A stretch of DNA of 64,000 nt from an uncultured Candidatus Saccharibacteria bacterium (GTDB lineage: Bacteria; Patescibacteriota; Minisyncoccia; Phycocordibacterales; UBA918). The stretch spans positions 7,658 to 71,657 of the forward strand of contig CAZRNZ010000001.1 in NCBI GenBank assembly GCA_964601615.1, in the 5' to 3' direction. This document shows, one piece after another, positions 53,972 to 63,810 of the stretch. The translations under genes and the position numbers were made by a program. The notes beneath the pieces are model-generated. The model was not told the origin of the DNA. It worked only from the letters and a program-made list of their open reading frames with translations, and ran no database searches. How positions within the stretch are numbered: the stretch's first letter is position 1; every line of letters begins with the position of its first letter.

Positions 53972-54325
53972 ATGTTCAAAGTTATTTCACGTTTTGTAGT
54001 CGCTGTCCTTGTTTCACTCGCCATCATTGTGCCGGCTTCAGCTGGTGAATACGGCAATCGTGGACAGAACAACAGTTCAATCTGGTTTGGCTTCAACAAC
54101 GGTGGATTTTCCGTTCAGTTGAATTCGACGCCACGTGTGGCACGCCCCTCGTATGACTATTACGAGTACAGCAACCATTCGCCGTCGGACAACTACTACA
54201 ATCAGCGTCAGGCCAAGCCCCACACCCCTTCCCGTCTCTCGGGCAGTGGTGAACGAATCTTGTCCGGCGACTATTGCCCTTACCGCCTGGCTTACCAGAA
54301 CGGTTACTATTATTGCGTTCGTTGA
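53972..54325 (+). CDS. Small secreted hypothetical protein.
   Basis: Signal peptide VVAVLVSLAIIVPASA, a Tyr/Asn-rich region, and C-terminal Cys residues. Confidence 0.45.
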   Translation: MFKVISRFVVAVLVSLAIIVPASAGEYGNRGQNNSSIWFGFNNGGFSVQLNSTPRVARPSYDYYEYSNHSPSDNYYNQRQAKPHTPSRLSGSGERILSGDYCPYRLAYQNGYYYCVR

Positions 54326-54335
54326 ATGCAATAAT

Positions 54336-54372
54336 AAAAAGCCTGGAATCTTTGATTCCAGGCTTTCTTTTA
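54336..54372. terminator. Bidirectional terminator.
   Basis: aaaaagcctggaatc-tttg-attccaggcttt followed by cttttatt. Confidence 0.6.
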
Positions 54373-55827
54373 TTTATGCTTCGGTTTCATTAATGGGAAG
54401 GTTTGAACTTCACGCAATGGTTTGTCTATTAAGAAAGCAAATAATCTTTCACCAAAACCAAATCCACAAGTTGGTGGCATGCCGTATTCAAGCATCTCCA
54501 CAAACTCATGATCAGGCATCATTGCTTCGTCATCGCCAGATTCTAGAAGTCTTTGTTGTTCAGCAAAACGATTAGCTTGATCTTCAGGGTCATTTAGCTC
54601 ACTGTAGCCATTACCAATTTCACTACCAGCAAGTAATGGTTGAAAACGCTCTACCACGTCCCTACCTTCGATTTTCTTTGCTAGGGGTGCAATCAATAGT
54701 GGATGGTTGATAACAAATGCTGGGCCACTGATTTTCTTACGGCAGTATTTCCAAAGAGTGTCAGTTAGTCGTTCTTTGTTTTCACCATCGTATTTTACTC
54801 CTAGTTCTTGAAGCTTTGCTTCCATCTCAGCTTTTGAAGCTTTTAGAACATCAATACCAGTTTGTTTCTTGATCTCATCAACGTAGTCGATTTCATCCCA
54901 CTCATCTGCTAGATCAAAACTGTGTCCACGAGTGGTGAATTTTGTGGTATCAAAAACCGAAGTAGCAATTTCACGGTAGAGTTCTTTTACCAGATTCATA
55001 CCGTCTTTGTAGTTGGCATAAGCCCAATACAATTCCAGGTTAGTAAACTCTTGTAGGTGCTCAGGACTGGTGCCTTCGTTGCGGTATGCTCTACCGATTT
55101 CAAAGGTTTTTGGATAACCAGCTGCCATCAATCTTTTTTGCCAAAGTTCTCCGATTGAGATACGAAGGAATACATCAATATCAAAATCATTGTGATGAGT
55201 TTTGAATGGACGAGCTTCTGCTCCACCAGTAGTAATCTCTAAAGTAGGAGTTTCAACTTCAGCAAAACCATGCTTCTTCATAAAGTTCCTAGTTGTGTCC
55301 CAGAATTTATTTTTCTTTTCGAAGATGTCTCTAAGTTCTGGATTTAGTAGGATATCTAGATATCGTTTGCGGTAACGCTCGTCTTCATCTTTGATGCCAA
55401 AGTGTTCGCTAGGAATTGCTTGTAGAGCTTTGGTTAGTACTCGCCAGCCACTTACTGATAATGCCTGAGTACCACGTTTGGTATAGAAAAGAGTTCCAGT
55501 TGCTTCAATGAAGTCTCCTGGATCAATAGTGTCATTTAAAAGATCAAACAACATCTTCCCGATATTGTCGCGAGAAAAGAAAAGTTGAATACGATTACTT
55601 CCGTCGTCGATGTCAGCAAAGGCTGATCCGCCATGTCGACGAATTGAGAATACTCTACCGGCCAATATAATCTCAGTCTCCTCTTCTGATAGATCATCAA
55701 AATTATCTAGAGCAGTTTTAAGATCGTGAGTACGTTTTGTTTCCGCTGCATACGGATTCATTCCGGCTGATCGAAGTAGCTCACGCTTTTTAATTCTATC
55801 TTGTCTTATTTCTTCCAGTGATGACAT
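54370..55827 (-). CDS. lysS: Lysyl-tRNA synthetase (class II).
   Basis: N-terminal anticodon-binding OB fold and class II motifs 1-3. Confidence 0.9.
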   Translation of the reverse strand: MSSLEEIRQDRIKKRELLRSAGMNPYAAETKRTHDLKTALDNFDDLSEEETEIILAGRVFSIRRHGGSAFADIDDGSNRIQLFFSRDNIGKMLFDLLNDTIDPGDFIEATGTLFYTKRGTQALSVSGWRVLTKALQAIPSEHFGIKDEDERYRKRYLDILLNPELRDIFEKKNKFWDTTRNFMKKHGFAEVETPTLEITTGGAEARPFKTHHNDFDIDVFLRISIGELWQKRLMAAGYPKTFEIGRAYRNEGTSPEHLQEFTNLELYWAYANYKDGMNLVKELYREIATSVFDTTKFTTRGHSFDLADEWDEIDYVDEIKKQTGIDVLKASKAEMEAKLQELGVKYDGENKERLTDTLWKYCRKKISGPAFVINHPLLIAPLAKKIEGRDVVERFQPLLAGSEIGNGYSELNDPEDQANRFAEQQRLLESGDDEAMMPDHEFVEMLEYGMPPTCGFGFGERLFAFLIDKPLREVQTFPLMKPKHK

Positions 55828-55880
55828 ATAGATTAAATTTAAAATGGAATTGAAAAAAAGTAAATGTTTAGGGATACAGA

Positions 55881-55910
55881 TTAAGGCGCGGGCGAAGCCC
55901 GCGCCTTAAT
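55881..55910 (-). terminator. Terminator for greA (palindromic, bidirectional).
   Basis: ttaaggcgcgggc-gaag-cccgcgccttaa. Confidence 0.7.
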
Positions 55911-55924
55911 TTAAAAGTTTAGAA

Positions 55925-56395
55925 TTACTGAACTTTAATAACTTTGTAAGCCTGATTTCCAGCTGGTGTGTCGAAACTAAAGTCGTCACCCTTCCCTTTG
56001 CCCATCAGAGCTTCTCCTAGTGGAGAGAGGTAAGAAAGCTTATGTTCATGAATATTAGCCTCTTCTGTTCCAACTATTGTGTAAGTACGTTCTTCCTTGC
56101 TTCCCTTTTTCTGAATTGTTACAGCACTACCAAGACCTACGATGTCGCCCTTTTTGTCGTGAGCAACAATCTTGGCTTCTTTGATAACTTGTTCAAGATG
56201 AGTGATGCGCTCCTCGATAGTAGCTTGCATATCGCGAGCTTCTTGGTATTCAGCATTTTCTGACAAGTCTCCTAGTGAACGGGCATATTCTAGAGCCTCT
56301 GCTACTTCTCTACGACGGACGGTCTTTAGATGTTCTAATTCCTTCTTGAGTTCTTCAAACTTCTCAGGTGTTAGATATGCTCGAGTATCATTCAT
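55925..56395 (-). CDS. greA: Transcription elongation factor GreA.
   Basis: Coiled-coil N-terminal domain and FKBP-like C-terminal domain; typical GreA sequence. Confidence 0.9.
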   Translation of the reverse strand: MNDTRAYLTPEKFEELKKELEHLKTVRRREVAEALEYARSLGDLSENAEYQEARDMQATIEERITHLEQVIKEAKIVAHDKKGDIVGLGSAVTIQKKGSKEERTYTIVGTEEANIHEHKLSYLSPLGEALMGKGKGDDFSFDTPAGNQAYKVIKVQ

Positions 56396-56457
56396 AATAA
56401 GTACAATATAATTTTTGCCAATTATACGTGTATTACAGTCAAAGTCAAAAACTTTGG

Positions 56458-58182
56458 TTAAGCTTCAGGATTTAGATAATTTGGACGATGTTCATTCATC
56501 CATTCAAACACTTCTCTCATTACCCATCCTGCACCGAGTGAGTTGTCTCTCGGTGCTCTCTCCATTAGTAAAATGAAAGAATATTTAGGTTCTTTATAAG
56601 GCCAGTAGCCAGCTACCCAAGAGTTTACGTGAGCATTATCGTTACCTAATTCAGCTGTTCCAGATTTTCCGGCAATTTCTACATAAGGCAAATCAAGTCC
56701 TCGTACTGTTCCTCCATCTTTGTTTACTGCCATTCTCATTCCTTCTTGAACCACTCTTAAGTAACCTTCATCTAAATCTATCTCATAATAATCAGGTTCT
56801 TTATCTTTTATGAAAGTTGGCTTTATAACTTTTCCACCATTGGCCAAAATTGCATAAGCACGCATCATTTGTAATGGAGTTGTTAAAAATCCAAACTGAC
56901 CAATTGAGGTATGGTAAGTATTTCCTAGTCGCCATTCTTCATCAAAAGTTTCTACTTTCCATTCTGGGGTCGGAATTAATCCAGCTTGTTCTCCTGGGAA
57001 GTTTATTCCAGTTAATTCTCCTAAGCCAAAAAGTTCCATATATCTATCAATTCGAGCGATACCAAGTCCGGTAAATTCGCTACTTACTCCAGCTTGTGGT
57101 GCAGCGATTGCTGGAAGACCACCGCCAATTATGTAGAAATAAACATCAGAAGAATATGCAATAGCAGTTTTTGCATCAGTTGCGCCGTGAGCACGCCAGT
57201 CTCCAAATCTAGTTGGTTGACTCGGGTTGTATGGATTAGGGATTATTAGTTGTCCGTTAGAAGTTATCTCCCTCTGTGGACTAATAACTCCTTCTTTTAG
57301 AGCAGCATATGCTATGAATGGTTTTACAATGGAACCTGGTGTGTAAACTCCACCAATTAGTTTATTTAGGAAAGGAAAACGGGTGTCATTGTTGTAACTA
57401 TCAATTAATTCACTATCACTACCATTTGCCATTACTTCAGGGTCAAATGATGGGAAGCTTGTCATGGCAATAATTTCGCCAGTCTCTACGTCCATAATTG
57501 CACCAGCTCCACTTCGGAAACCAGCTTTTTCAACAGCTTCATTGATTATGTTATACATTGATTCAGATAGTTCAGCATCAACAGAAGTTTCAAGGGATTC
57601 CCCGGCTCGACTTTGGTCATATGTAAGTGAGGAAATAATATTTCCCGATACGTTTACTTCAATAATTTGTTTGCCATTTCTACCATGCAGTATATGTTCG
57701 TAGGCACTCTCTAGCCCAGTCCTGCCTATGTAGTCGGTACGATAATAGAACCCGTTTTTATCTTTTTGAGGATAACTTACATAACCGAGAAGTTGTCCAA
57801 GACCAGACCTGTCGGTGTATGCTCTAAGAGAAAAACCGCGCTCGTCATTGTAGTCAGCACTATTCCATGCGAGCATTTCTCCGTTTCTATCATAAATAAC
57901 TCCACGTTCAGCAATTACGATACCTTGATCAATTCTATTGTTATCACTTCGCTCGCGATAGTTGGCGCCATCAGTAACTTGGAGATTAAAAAGTTTGAAG
58001 AAAAATATTATTGCAATAAGAGCAAAACATCCTCCTACCAAAAAAATACTTCTCCTCGAAATCGGTAATTCCAAACGACCTTCCATACGTCCTTTATTAA
58101 AAGAAGGAAGGTTTGAAGAATCCATAAAGATCTCATCAAATTCTAGATTGTCTTTTGGTTTTTTCGGCCAAATAGGAAGCAT
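56458..58182 (-). CDS. mrdA: Penicillin-binding protein 2 (elongasome transpeptidase).
   Basis: SxxK (GSIVKPF), SxD/N and KSGTA motifs. Adjacent to mreBCD. Confidence 0.8.
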   Translation of the reverse strand: MLPIWPKKPKDNLEFDEIFMDSSNLPSFNKGRMEGRLELPISRRSIFLVGGCFALIAIIFFFKLFNLQVTDGANYRERSDNNRIDQGIVIAERGVIYDRNGEMLAWNSADYNDERGFSLRAYTDRSGLGQLLGYVSYPQKDKNGFYYRTDYIGRTGLESAYEHILHGRNGKQIIEVNVSGNIISSLTYDQSRAGESLETSVDAELSESMYNIINEAVEKAGFRSGAGAIMDVETGEIIAMTSFPSFDPEVMANGSDSELIDSYNNDTRFPFLNKLIGGVYTPGSIVKPFIAYAALKEGVISPQREITSNGQLIIPNPYNPSQPTRFGDWRAHGATDAKTAIAYSSDVYFYIIGGGLPAIAAPQAGVSSEFTGLGIARIDRYMELFGLGELTGINFPGEQAGLIPTPEWKVETFDEEWRLGNTYHTSIGQFGFLTTPLQMMRAYAILANGGKVIKPTFIKDKEPDYYEIDLDEGYLRVVQEGMRMAVNKDGGTVRGLDLPYVEIAGKSGTAELGNDNAHVNSWVAGYWPYKEPKYSFILLMERAPRDNSLGAGWVMREVFEWMNEHRPNYLNPEA

Positions 58183-58186
58183 TACC

Positions 58187-58441
58187 CTATTTTAGCATTA
58201 AAAAGTTTTTGGCAGTTTGTACCAAAATTATGATAGAAAAAGCAGCTATTGTATAGGTTGGAGCAACACTGGTTGGACCAAAATAAATATCAAAAAAAAC
58301 TCCAACAACTATTAGTTCAATTCCTAACCAACGATATGAATACCAAATAGCAAAAGGCAAAGAAACAAGAGGTGTGATGAAAATACTTAAGATTATTAAA
58401 AAAGCGAGAGAGAGAATCCTGGTAATCATTTTATTCTTCAT
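58187..58441 (-). CDS. mreD: Rod shape-determining protein MreD-like small membrane protein.
   Basis: 84-aa polytopic membrane protein immediately downstream of mreC. Confidence 0.5.
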   Translation of the reverse strand: MKNKMITRILSLAFLIILSIFITPLVSLPFAIWYSYRWLGIELIVVGVFFDIYFGPTSVAPTYTIAAFSIIILVQTAKNFLMLK

Positions 58442-59342
58442 TAGTTACCTCTGATTCCTCGGTTGATGTTGCTGTGGAGGTAGAAACGACTCCCTCTTCT
58501 GTTGAACTAGCAATTTCTGTATCAATATCAACCAAAACTCCTTCAGGAACATCTATATTAAGAATGTCTCGTTTTGCTTGCTCTACAACTATTCTGGCTT
58601 CTTCAAAACTAATATTAGTAACTGGATTTTTTCCAACACTTACATAACGAAGTGAGTTTATTGGAGTGTCGATTGTTACGTAACCATATTGTTCTGGTTT
58701 GGAAGGGATCGAATCAATTGCAGTGATTGATCCATAAATACCAGCTGACAATGAAGGAACTACAACTATATTTCCGACATTAAGGTTGATTCCCTGAGGA
58801 ACATGAATACGCATTACACCTCCGCCCATTCCGTTGGCAGTTGTGTAAATATTAGGGCCGTAAATAAAAACAGTTGAAGTGAAATTCGGTGTGGTGACTA
58901 GATTTACAATAGCGCTATTTTTGTAAACTGCAGCAATAAAACCAATTACTCTATTTTCTTCAGCAAAAACCGGAGCGTTTTGTATTACTCCGTCTTCTTC
59001 GCCTTGGTCGATAACTAACACGTCATAGGGTAAAGCGGTTGGTCGACCAATAACACCAGCCAATATCTTATCTTTATTTGATTGTCCGATTTGTAAGCGA
59101 AGAGATTCATTCTCTGAACGTAAATAATCTACCTCTTCTTTGAGAGAAAGATTTTGTGATTCTTCTGGAGAGTTTGTTTTTGAATAAAGATAAGTTTCAG
59201 TCTTTAATATTGGACTAAAGAATTTTTCGCTAAGATCTTGGATTGGAGTCGGAAAAAAACGCCAAAACAAAATAGCAATCACAAATACAATTACTGCGAC
59301 AATGAGTTTGGTTTTAGTGTTTGAGGTTTGGTGTGAGCTCAT
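58431..59342 (-). CDS. mreC: Rod shape-determining protein MreC.
   Basis: N-terminal TM segment, coiled coil, and beta-rich MreC domain. Located between mreB and mreD. Confidence 0.75.
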   Translation of the reverse strand: MSSHQTSNTKTKLIVAVIVFVIAILFWRFFPTPIQDLSEKFFSPILKTETYLYSKTNSPEESQNLSLKEEVDYLRSENESLRLQIGQSNKDKILAGVIGRPTALPYDVLVIDQGEEDGVIQNAPVFAEENRVIGFIAAVYKNSAIVNLVTTPNFTSTVFIYGPNIYTTANGMGGGVMRIHVPQGINLNVGNIVVVPSLSAGIYGSITAIDSIPSKPEQYGYVTIDTPINSLRYVSVGKNPVTNISFEEARIVVEQAKRDILNIDVPEGVLVDIDTEIASSTEEGVVSTSTATSTEESEVTNEE

Positions 59343-60387
59343 CGTTTTGATCGATTAAAAGTCCTTCATATTGAGGAAGGTTTTCTAGTGTTGTGCCAAT
59401 TCCTCGTACGACAGCACGAAGAGGGTCAGCGACGACAATCACTGGTACACGGATAATTGATTCAAGTAATTCTGCAAACCCAGGAATTAGTGCACCTCCG
59501 CCAGAAAGATAAATTCCCTTTTGCATAATGTCAGAAAGAACTTCTGGTGGAGTTTTTTCTAGTACAGAACGTACTGCCTCTACAACAGAGTCTACTGAAG
59601 GATTAATTGCTTCTCTAATATCACTATCAGTAATAACTACTTCTTTTGGTAATCCAGTTACAACATCCCGACCACGAACAATGAGTTCTTTTTCCTCACT
59701 CTCACCTTCTACTGCCGCCAGTTTAATTTTTGCTTCTTCAGCAGTTCTTTCTCCAACTAATACTTTGAACTGATCTCGAATATAAGAAACTATTGCATCG
59801 TTTAGATGGTCACCAGCAATTTTTAAGTTTTTAGAGGTAACCATACCGCCATAGGAAATAACAGCGATGTTAGCAGTTCCTCCACCAATATCTATTATCA
59901 TACTTCCAATAGATTTTATGATTGGCAGCTTTGCTCCAATAGCCGCGGCCATTGGTTCTTCAATGAGAAGTACTTCACGTGCACCAGCGTTTTTAGCAGC
60001 ATCACGAGCAGCGCGCATTTCTACGTTGGTAATTCCACAAGGTACACCTATTAGAACTCTTGGAGCAAAAATTGGTTTGGTGGTCTCGCGCACTTTACTG
60101 ATTAGATAAGTAAGCATCTCTTCTGTTACTTCAAAGTCAGAAATAACTCCTTCCACCAATGGACGAACAACTTCAATATGAACAGGAGTTCTACCATGCA
60201 TTGATTTGGCAGCTTCACCAATTGCTACGAGTTGGCCAGTTTTTTTATTAATAGCAACAATTGTTGGTTCGTTTATAACAATACCTTTGCCTTTAACATA
60301 AACGATTGTACTTGCGGTACCTAAGTCAATACCAATATCAGTAGAGAAATTGGATATTACATTTTTGAATAAGTCAGGAATTCCCAT
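59314..60387 (-). CDS. mreB: Rod shape-determining protein MreB.
   Basis: Actin-fold motifs DIGIDLGTASTIVYVKGKGIVINEPT. Confidence 0.9.
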   Translation of the reverse strand: MGIPDLFKNVISNFSTDIGIDLGTASTIVYVKGKGIVINEPTIVAINKKTGQLVAIGEAAKSMHGRTPVHIEVVRPLVEGVISDFEVTEEMLTYLISKVRETTKPIFAPRVLIGVPCGITNVEMRAARDAAKNAGAREVLLIEEPMAAAIGAKLPIIKSIGSMIIDIGGGTANIAVISYGGMVTSKNLKIAGDHLNDAIVSYIRDQFKVLVGERTAEEAKIKLAAVEGESEEKELIVRGRDVVTGLPKEVVITDSDIREAINPSVDSVVEAVRSVLEKTPPEVLSDIMQKGIYLSGGGALIPGFAELLESIIRVPVIVVADPLRAVVRGIGTTLENLPQYEGLLIDQNDELTPNLKH

Positions 60388-60456
60388 GTCGTGACAATAA
60401 TACTATGTTAAGAGGTCAAAGCAAAACTGGTGGGAATGGGTGGGTTTTTGGTTTTA

Positions 60457-60488
60457 AAAGGGCGCAGGCAAAGCCTGTGCCCTTTTAA
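60457..60488 (-). terminator. Terminator for proS (bidirectional).
   Basis: aaagggcgcaggc-aaag-cctgtgcccttt. Confidence 0.55.
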
Positions 60489-60505
60489 AACCAATTCCCT
60501 AAACT

Positions 60506-61771
60506 CTAAGTCTCAGGATTGTTATCAAAATCTGCGTATAATTCTTCTTCTGAAAGAGATCTTACTTCGCCTGTTGCTCTAGTTACTACCTCAAATTTAC
60601 CTTCTTCTTTTGTCTTTCGACTCACAACAACACGATAAGGAATCCCAATTAAATCACTATCAGCAAATTTCTCTCCTGCTCTAGCATCTCGATCATCGTA
60701 AAGCACTTCGACACCGTTCTCTTTCAAAGATAGATAGATTCCATCAGCAAAATCTTTTATTTCGGCATCGTCTGTGTTTAAAGCAACTAGGTGAACTTTA
60801 AACGGCGCAATACTTTCTGGCCAAACAATTCCCTTATCGTCAGAGAATTTTTCTACCACTACTCCAACTAAACGGGTGATTCCAATTCCATAAGAACCCA
60901 TCCAGACTGGAATATCTACGCCTTCTTGGTTCTTAACCATTAAGTTCAAGTCTTCAGCTTTCTGCTGCCCAAAATTAAAGATGTTTCCAATTTCAGCAGT
61001 TTTGTATTTTGTTAATTCTTCCTTCTTAACACCAAGATTTTCTAGGGTTTCGTCATTTAGAACTTCTTCATTAATGGCAATTCCCTTTTCTTTATTTATA
61101 TACGCAATATCTTCTCCTGCTTCACAAATAGTTTGGAATTCATGACTGAACTTAGTAAACGCTCCACCAGCTGCAAAAGTTATGAAAGTATCTTCTCCTA
61201 TACCGATGCGATTAAAAACACGCATGTAAGCCGGCTTTGAAGACTCGTAGTATTTAAGGTGAGTTTCTTCATCAGCTGCAAAAGAATACATATCCTTCAT
61301 TACAAACTCGCGTCCACGCATCACACCGCTCTTGGCGCGAAGTTCATTACGGAGTTTTGTTTGGAATTGGTAAACAGAGATTGGTAAATCCTTGTAGCTG
61401 GAAATGTAATTCTTCATCATTTCACCAATTGGTTCTTCATGGCTCCAACCAAAACCAACTTCCCCACCAGCTTTAAGTTCAGACTTAAACCATACATCGA
61501 CAGTTTCATCATCCCATCTTCCGGTACTTTCCCAGAGTTCCTTTTTTTGCAATGAAGTCATTATTAGTTCCTGGCTATCGATTGCGTTCATTTCTACTCG
61601 AACAATTTCTTTTATTTTTTCTACAACACGTAGACCAAGAGGTAAGTATGAGTACACACCAGCCATTTCTTTAGCAATAAATCCAGCTCGGATTAACAGC
61701 TGGGCATTTTTAGCTGCTTCATCACTTGGTGCTTCTTTGCGCGTTTTTGTAAAAAGTTGTGATTGTCTCAT
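60506..61771 (-). CDS. proS: Prolyl-tRNA synthetase, short form lacking the editing (INS) domain.
   Basis: The bacterial ProRS N-terminus (MRQSQLF..T.KE.P.....NAQLLIRAGFI) and class II core are present. The protein is only 421 aa. Confidence 0.85.
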   Translation of the reverse strand: MRQSQLFTKTRKEAPSDEAAKNAQLLIRAGFIAKEMAGVYSYLPLGLRVVEKIKEIVRVEMNAIDSQELIMTSLQKKELWESTGRWDDETVDVWFKSELKAGGEVGFGWSHEEPIGEMMKNYISSYKDLPISVYQFQTKLRNELRAKSGVMRGREFVMKDMYSFAADEETHLKYYESSKPAYMRVFNRIGIGEDTFITFAAGGAFTKFSHEFQTICEAGEDIAYINKEKGIAINEEVLNDETLENLGVKKEELTKYKTAEIGNIFNFGQQKAEDLNLMVKNQEGVDIPVWMGSYGIGITRLVGVVVEKFSDDKGIVWPESIAPFKVHLVALNTDDAEIKDFADGIYLSLKENGVEVLYDDRDARAGEKFADSDLIGIPYRVVVSRKTKEEGKFEVVTRATGEVRSLSEEELYADFDNNPET

Positions 61772-61841
61772 GGGAATAAAAGCTATGATAAATATCGTTT
61801 TCTTGAATCTTTATTATATTACCTGTAAAAGACAAAAAGAA

Positions 61842-61868
61842 AACCCCGCTTTTGGCGGGGTTTATTTA
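61842..61868. terminator. Bidirectional terminator.
   Basis: aaaccccgc-ttttg-gcggggttt. Confidence 0.6.
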
Positions 61869-62066
61869 TATTTGGACAACAATTGACACAAATATGATTC
61901 CAGAAAGCATCATTACAGAGCCAAGCAAGAATGACGATATGGTACTGTAACGATTTTTTTTTGTTTCCAGATATTTGATATTTAGAAATCCGCCAAGTAC
62001 TAAGGATAAAAGAACCATAAATCCAAATGTTGGATGAGTTACAAAAGAAATGAAGGTTAACAACAT
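61866..62066 (-). CDS. Possible small two-TM membrane protein.
   Basis: 66-aa hydrophobic ORF. Confidence 0.3.
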   Translation of the reverse strand: MLLTFISFVTHPTFGFMVLLSLVLGGFLNIKYLETKKNRYSTISSFLLGSVMMLSGIIFVSIVVQI

Positions 62067-62130
62067 TTTCTTTCTCCTTTAGGGATCAAGTCTGCGCCAA
62101 TATAAACAAATTAATCTTTAGTTAGCAATA

Positions 62131-63219
62131 CTAGAATAATTTGGCGATGTCACTGTAAGTTACAACGACCATCAAAAGAAGTAATAACAAGAATCCGATT
62201 AAGTTAATTCTACCAACCCATTCTGGATTAATTGGACGGCGAATGATTGCTTCAATAGCGACAAAAACTAAACGTCCACCATCAAGGGCTGGGATTGGTA
62301 GTAAGTTTATTACTGCCAGGTTAAGAGAGATGAAAGCCACGAATATCAGAAGAGAAACAATTCCAACTTCTGCAGCCTCACCGACCATGCCAGCTATTCC
62401 AATAGGACCAGCAACTTGGGAAAGATCGGCGCTCATTGTAAAGAATGAACCAAAGAAAGTCAGAATGCCAATCGTGATTGCGTAAAGATATTTTCCAGTT
62501 AATTGGGCTGAACTTGTGATTGCTTCAAATGGATTTTGTTGTTTTGTTTCAACTAAAACAGTAGAAAGTCCAACAATTTTTCTTTCAGGTTCTTCTAAAA
62601 TAACTCCCTCTCTTGAAATTAGCTGCGTCTCAAATCCTTCTCCTTTGTGGGTATAGCTAATGCTTACACCTTCAGGATTTTCATTGATAGCATTTGATAG
62701 ATTACTAGGAGTAAGTAAGACAGGTGTTGCTCCAGCTGTCTCGATAGATGTAATAACTGAGCCTAGTGGAATTTCTGCTTCAGATGCTGGAGAGTTTGGT
62801 AAAACCGAAACGACTGTAAGTTCAGCCTTATCTGTTGCAATACTTTCTTCTACTGCAGTTGGTGTACCCATTAAAGCAATTGCAAAAAATATTATCCAAG
62901 CTGTCAAAATATTCATGGCAACTCCAGCAATGAGAACAATTGCTTGCTGGATGCGTGGACGTGCACCAAAGGCGCGCGCTTTATCTTGGTAGCTCACTTC
63001 ATCTTCACCATTTTCACCAAATATTTTTACATAACCTCCAATTGGTAGAAGGTTGATTGAGTACTCTGTTTCTCCTTTTTTCCAAGCAAATAACCTTGGT
63101 GGAAAACCAATGGCAAATTCGTCCACACGCATCTTCGCCCATTTAGCTGCAATGAAATGTCCAAATTCATGAACAAGTATTAGAAAAACTAATACTGCTA
63201 AAAATATAACTACACTCAT
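62131..63219 (-). CDS. rseP: RIP metalloprotease RseP (site-2 protease).
   Basis: HEFGHF zinc motif, a PDZ domain, and the LDGG motif. Confidence 0.8.
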   Translation of the reverse strand: MSVVIFLAVLVFLILVHEFGHFIAAKWAKMRVDEFAIGFPPRLFAWKKGETEYSINLLPIGGYVKIFGENGEDEVSYQDKARAFGARPRIQQAIVLIAGVAMNILTAWIIFFAIALMGTPTAVEESIATDKAELTVVSVLPNSPASEAEIPLGSVITSIETAGATPVLLTPSNLSNAINENPEGVSISYTHKGEGFETQLISREGVILEEPERKIVGLSTVLVETKQQNPFEAITSSAQLTGKYLYAITIGILTFFGSFFTMSADLSQVAGPIGIAGMVGEAAEVGIVSLLIFVAFISLNLAVINLLPIPALDGGRLVFVAIEAIIRRPINPEWVGRINLIGFLLLLLLMVVVTYSDIAKLF

Positions 63220-63226
63220 ATTAGTA

Positions 63227-63766
63227 TTAGATGGTTATTTCTTTCTCTTTTTGGTCGTATAAAGATTCTAGTTTCTTGTTCATTTCATCAATTTGTTTTT
63301 GCACCTTTTCTTTTTCACGATGAGCTTCGTCGTCACCAATTTCCTTGGCTTTATTACGAGAGTCAATTTCTTTCATCTTTTCGTCACGAGCACTACGAAC
63401 ACGTACGCGCGCATCTTCCATTTTTTGTTTAGCCAATTTTAGTAGTTGTTCGCGTCTTTCGCTAGTTAATTCTGGAAAACTAACACGTAAACCTTGTGAA
63501 TCAGCCACAACACCAACACCAAGATCAGCATCAATCAAAGCTTTTTCGATAGAATGGATTGCATTTGAGTCCCAGGGTGAAATACGTAAAGTACGTGCAT
63601 CTTCAATGCCGACGGAGCCAACTTGATTAATAGGCATTTTTGCACCGTAGCTCTCAACTTTTACACCATCAAGTAGTCCTGGATTTGCTTGTCCAGTTCT
63701 GATTGTTACATATTCGCCGCGAAGCCACTCCTGGGCTCCATCTAGTTTCTTTTGAAATTCTTCCAT
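63227..63766 (-). CDS. frr: Ribosome recycling factor.
   Basis: Canonical RRF sequence (VKVESYGA.MPINQVG...LTSERREQL). Confidence 0.9.
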   Translation of the reverse strand: MEEFQKKLDGAQEWLRGEYVTIRTGQANPGLLDGVKVESYGAKMPINQVGSVGIEDARTLRISPWDSNAIHSIEKALIDADLGVGVVADSQGLRVSFPELTSERREQLLKLAKQKMEDARVRVRSARDEKMKEIDSRNKAKEIGDDEAHREKEKVQKQIDEMNKKLESLYDQKEKEITI

Positions 63767-63810
63767 AAAATATTTATTTTCTTATTTTCGATAATATCAC
63801 AAAATGCTAT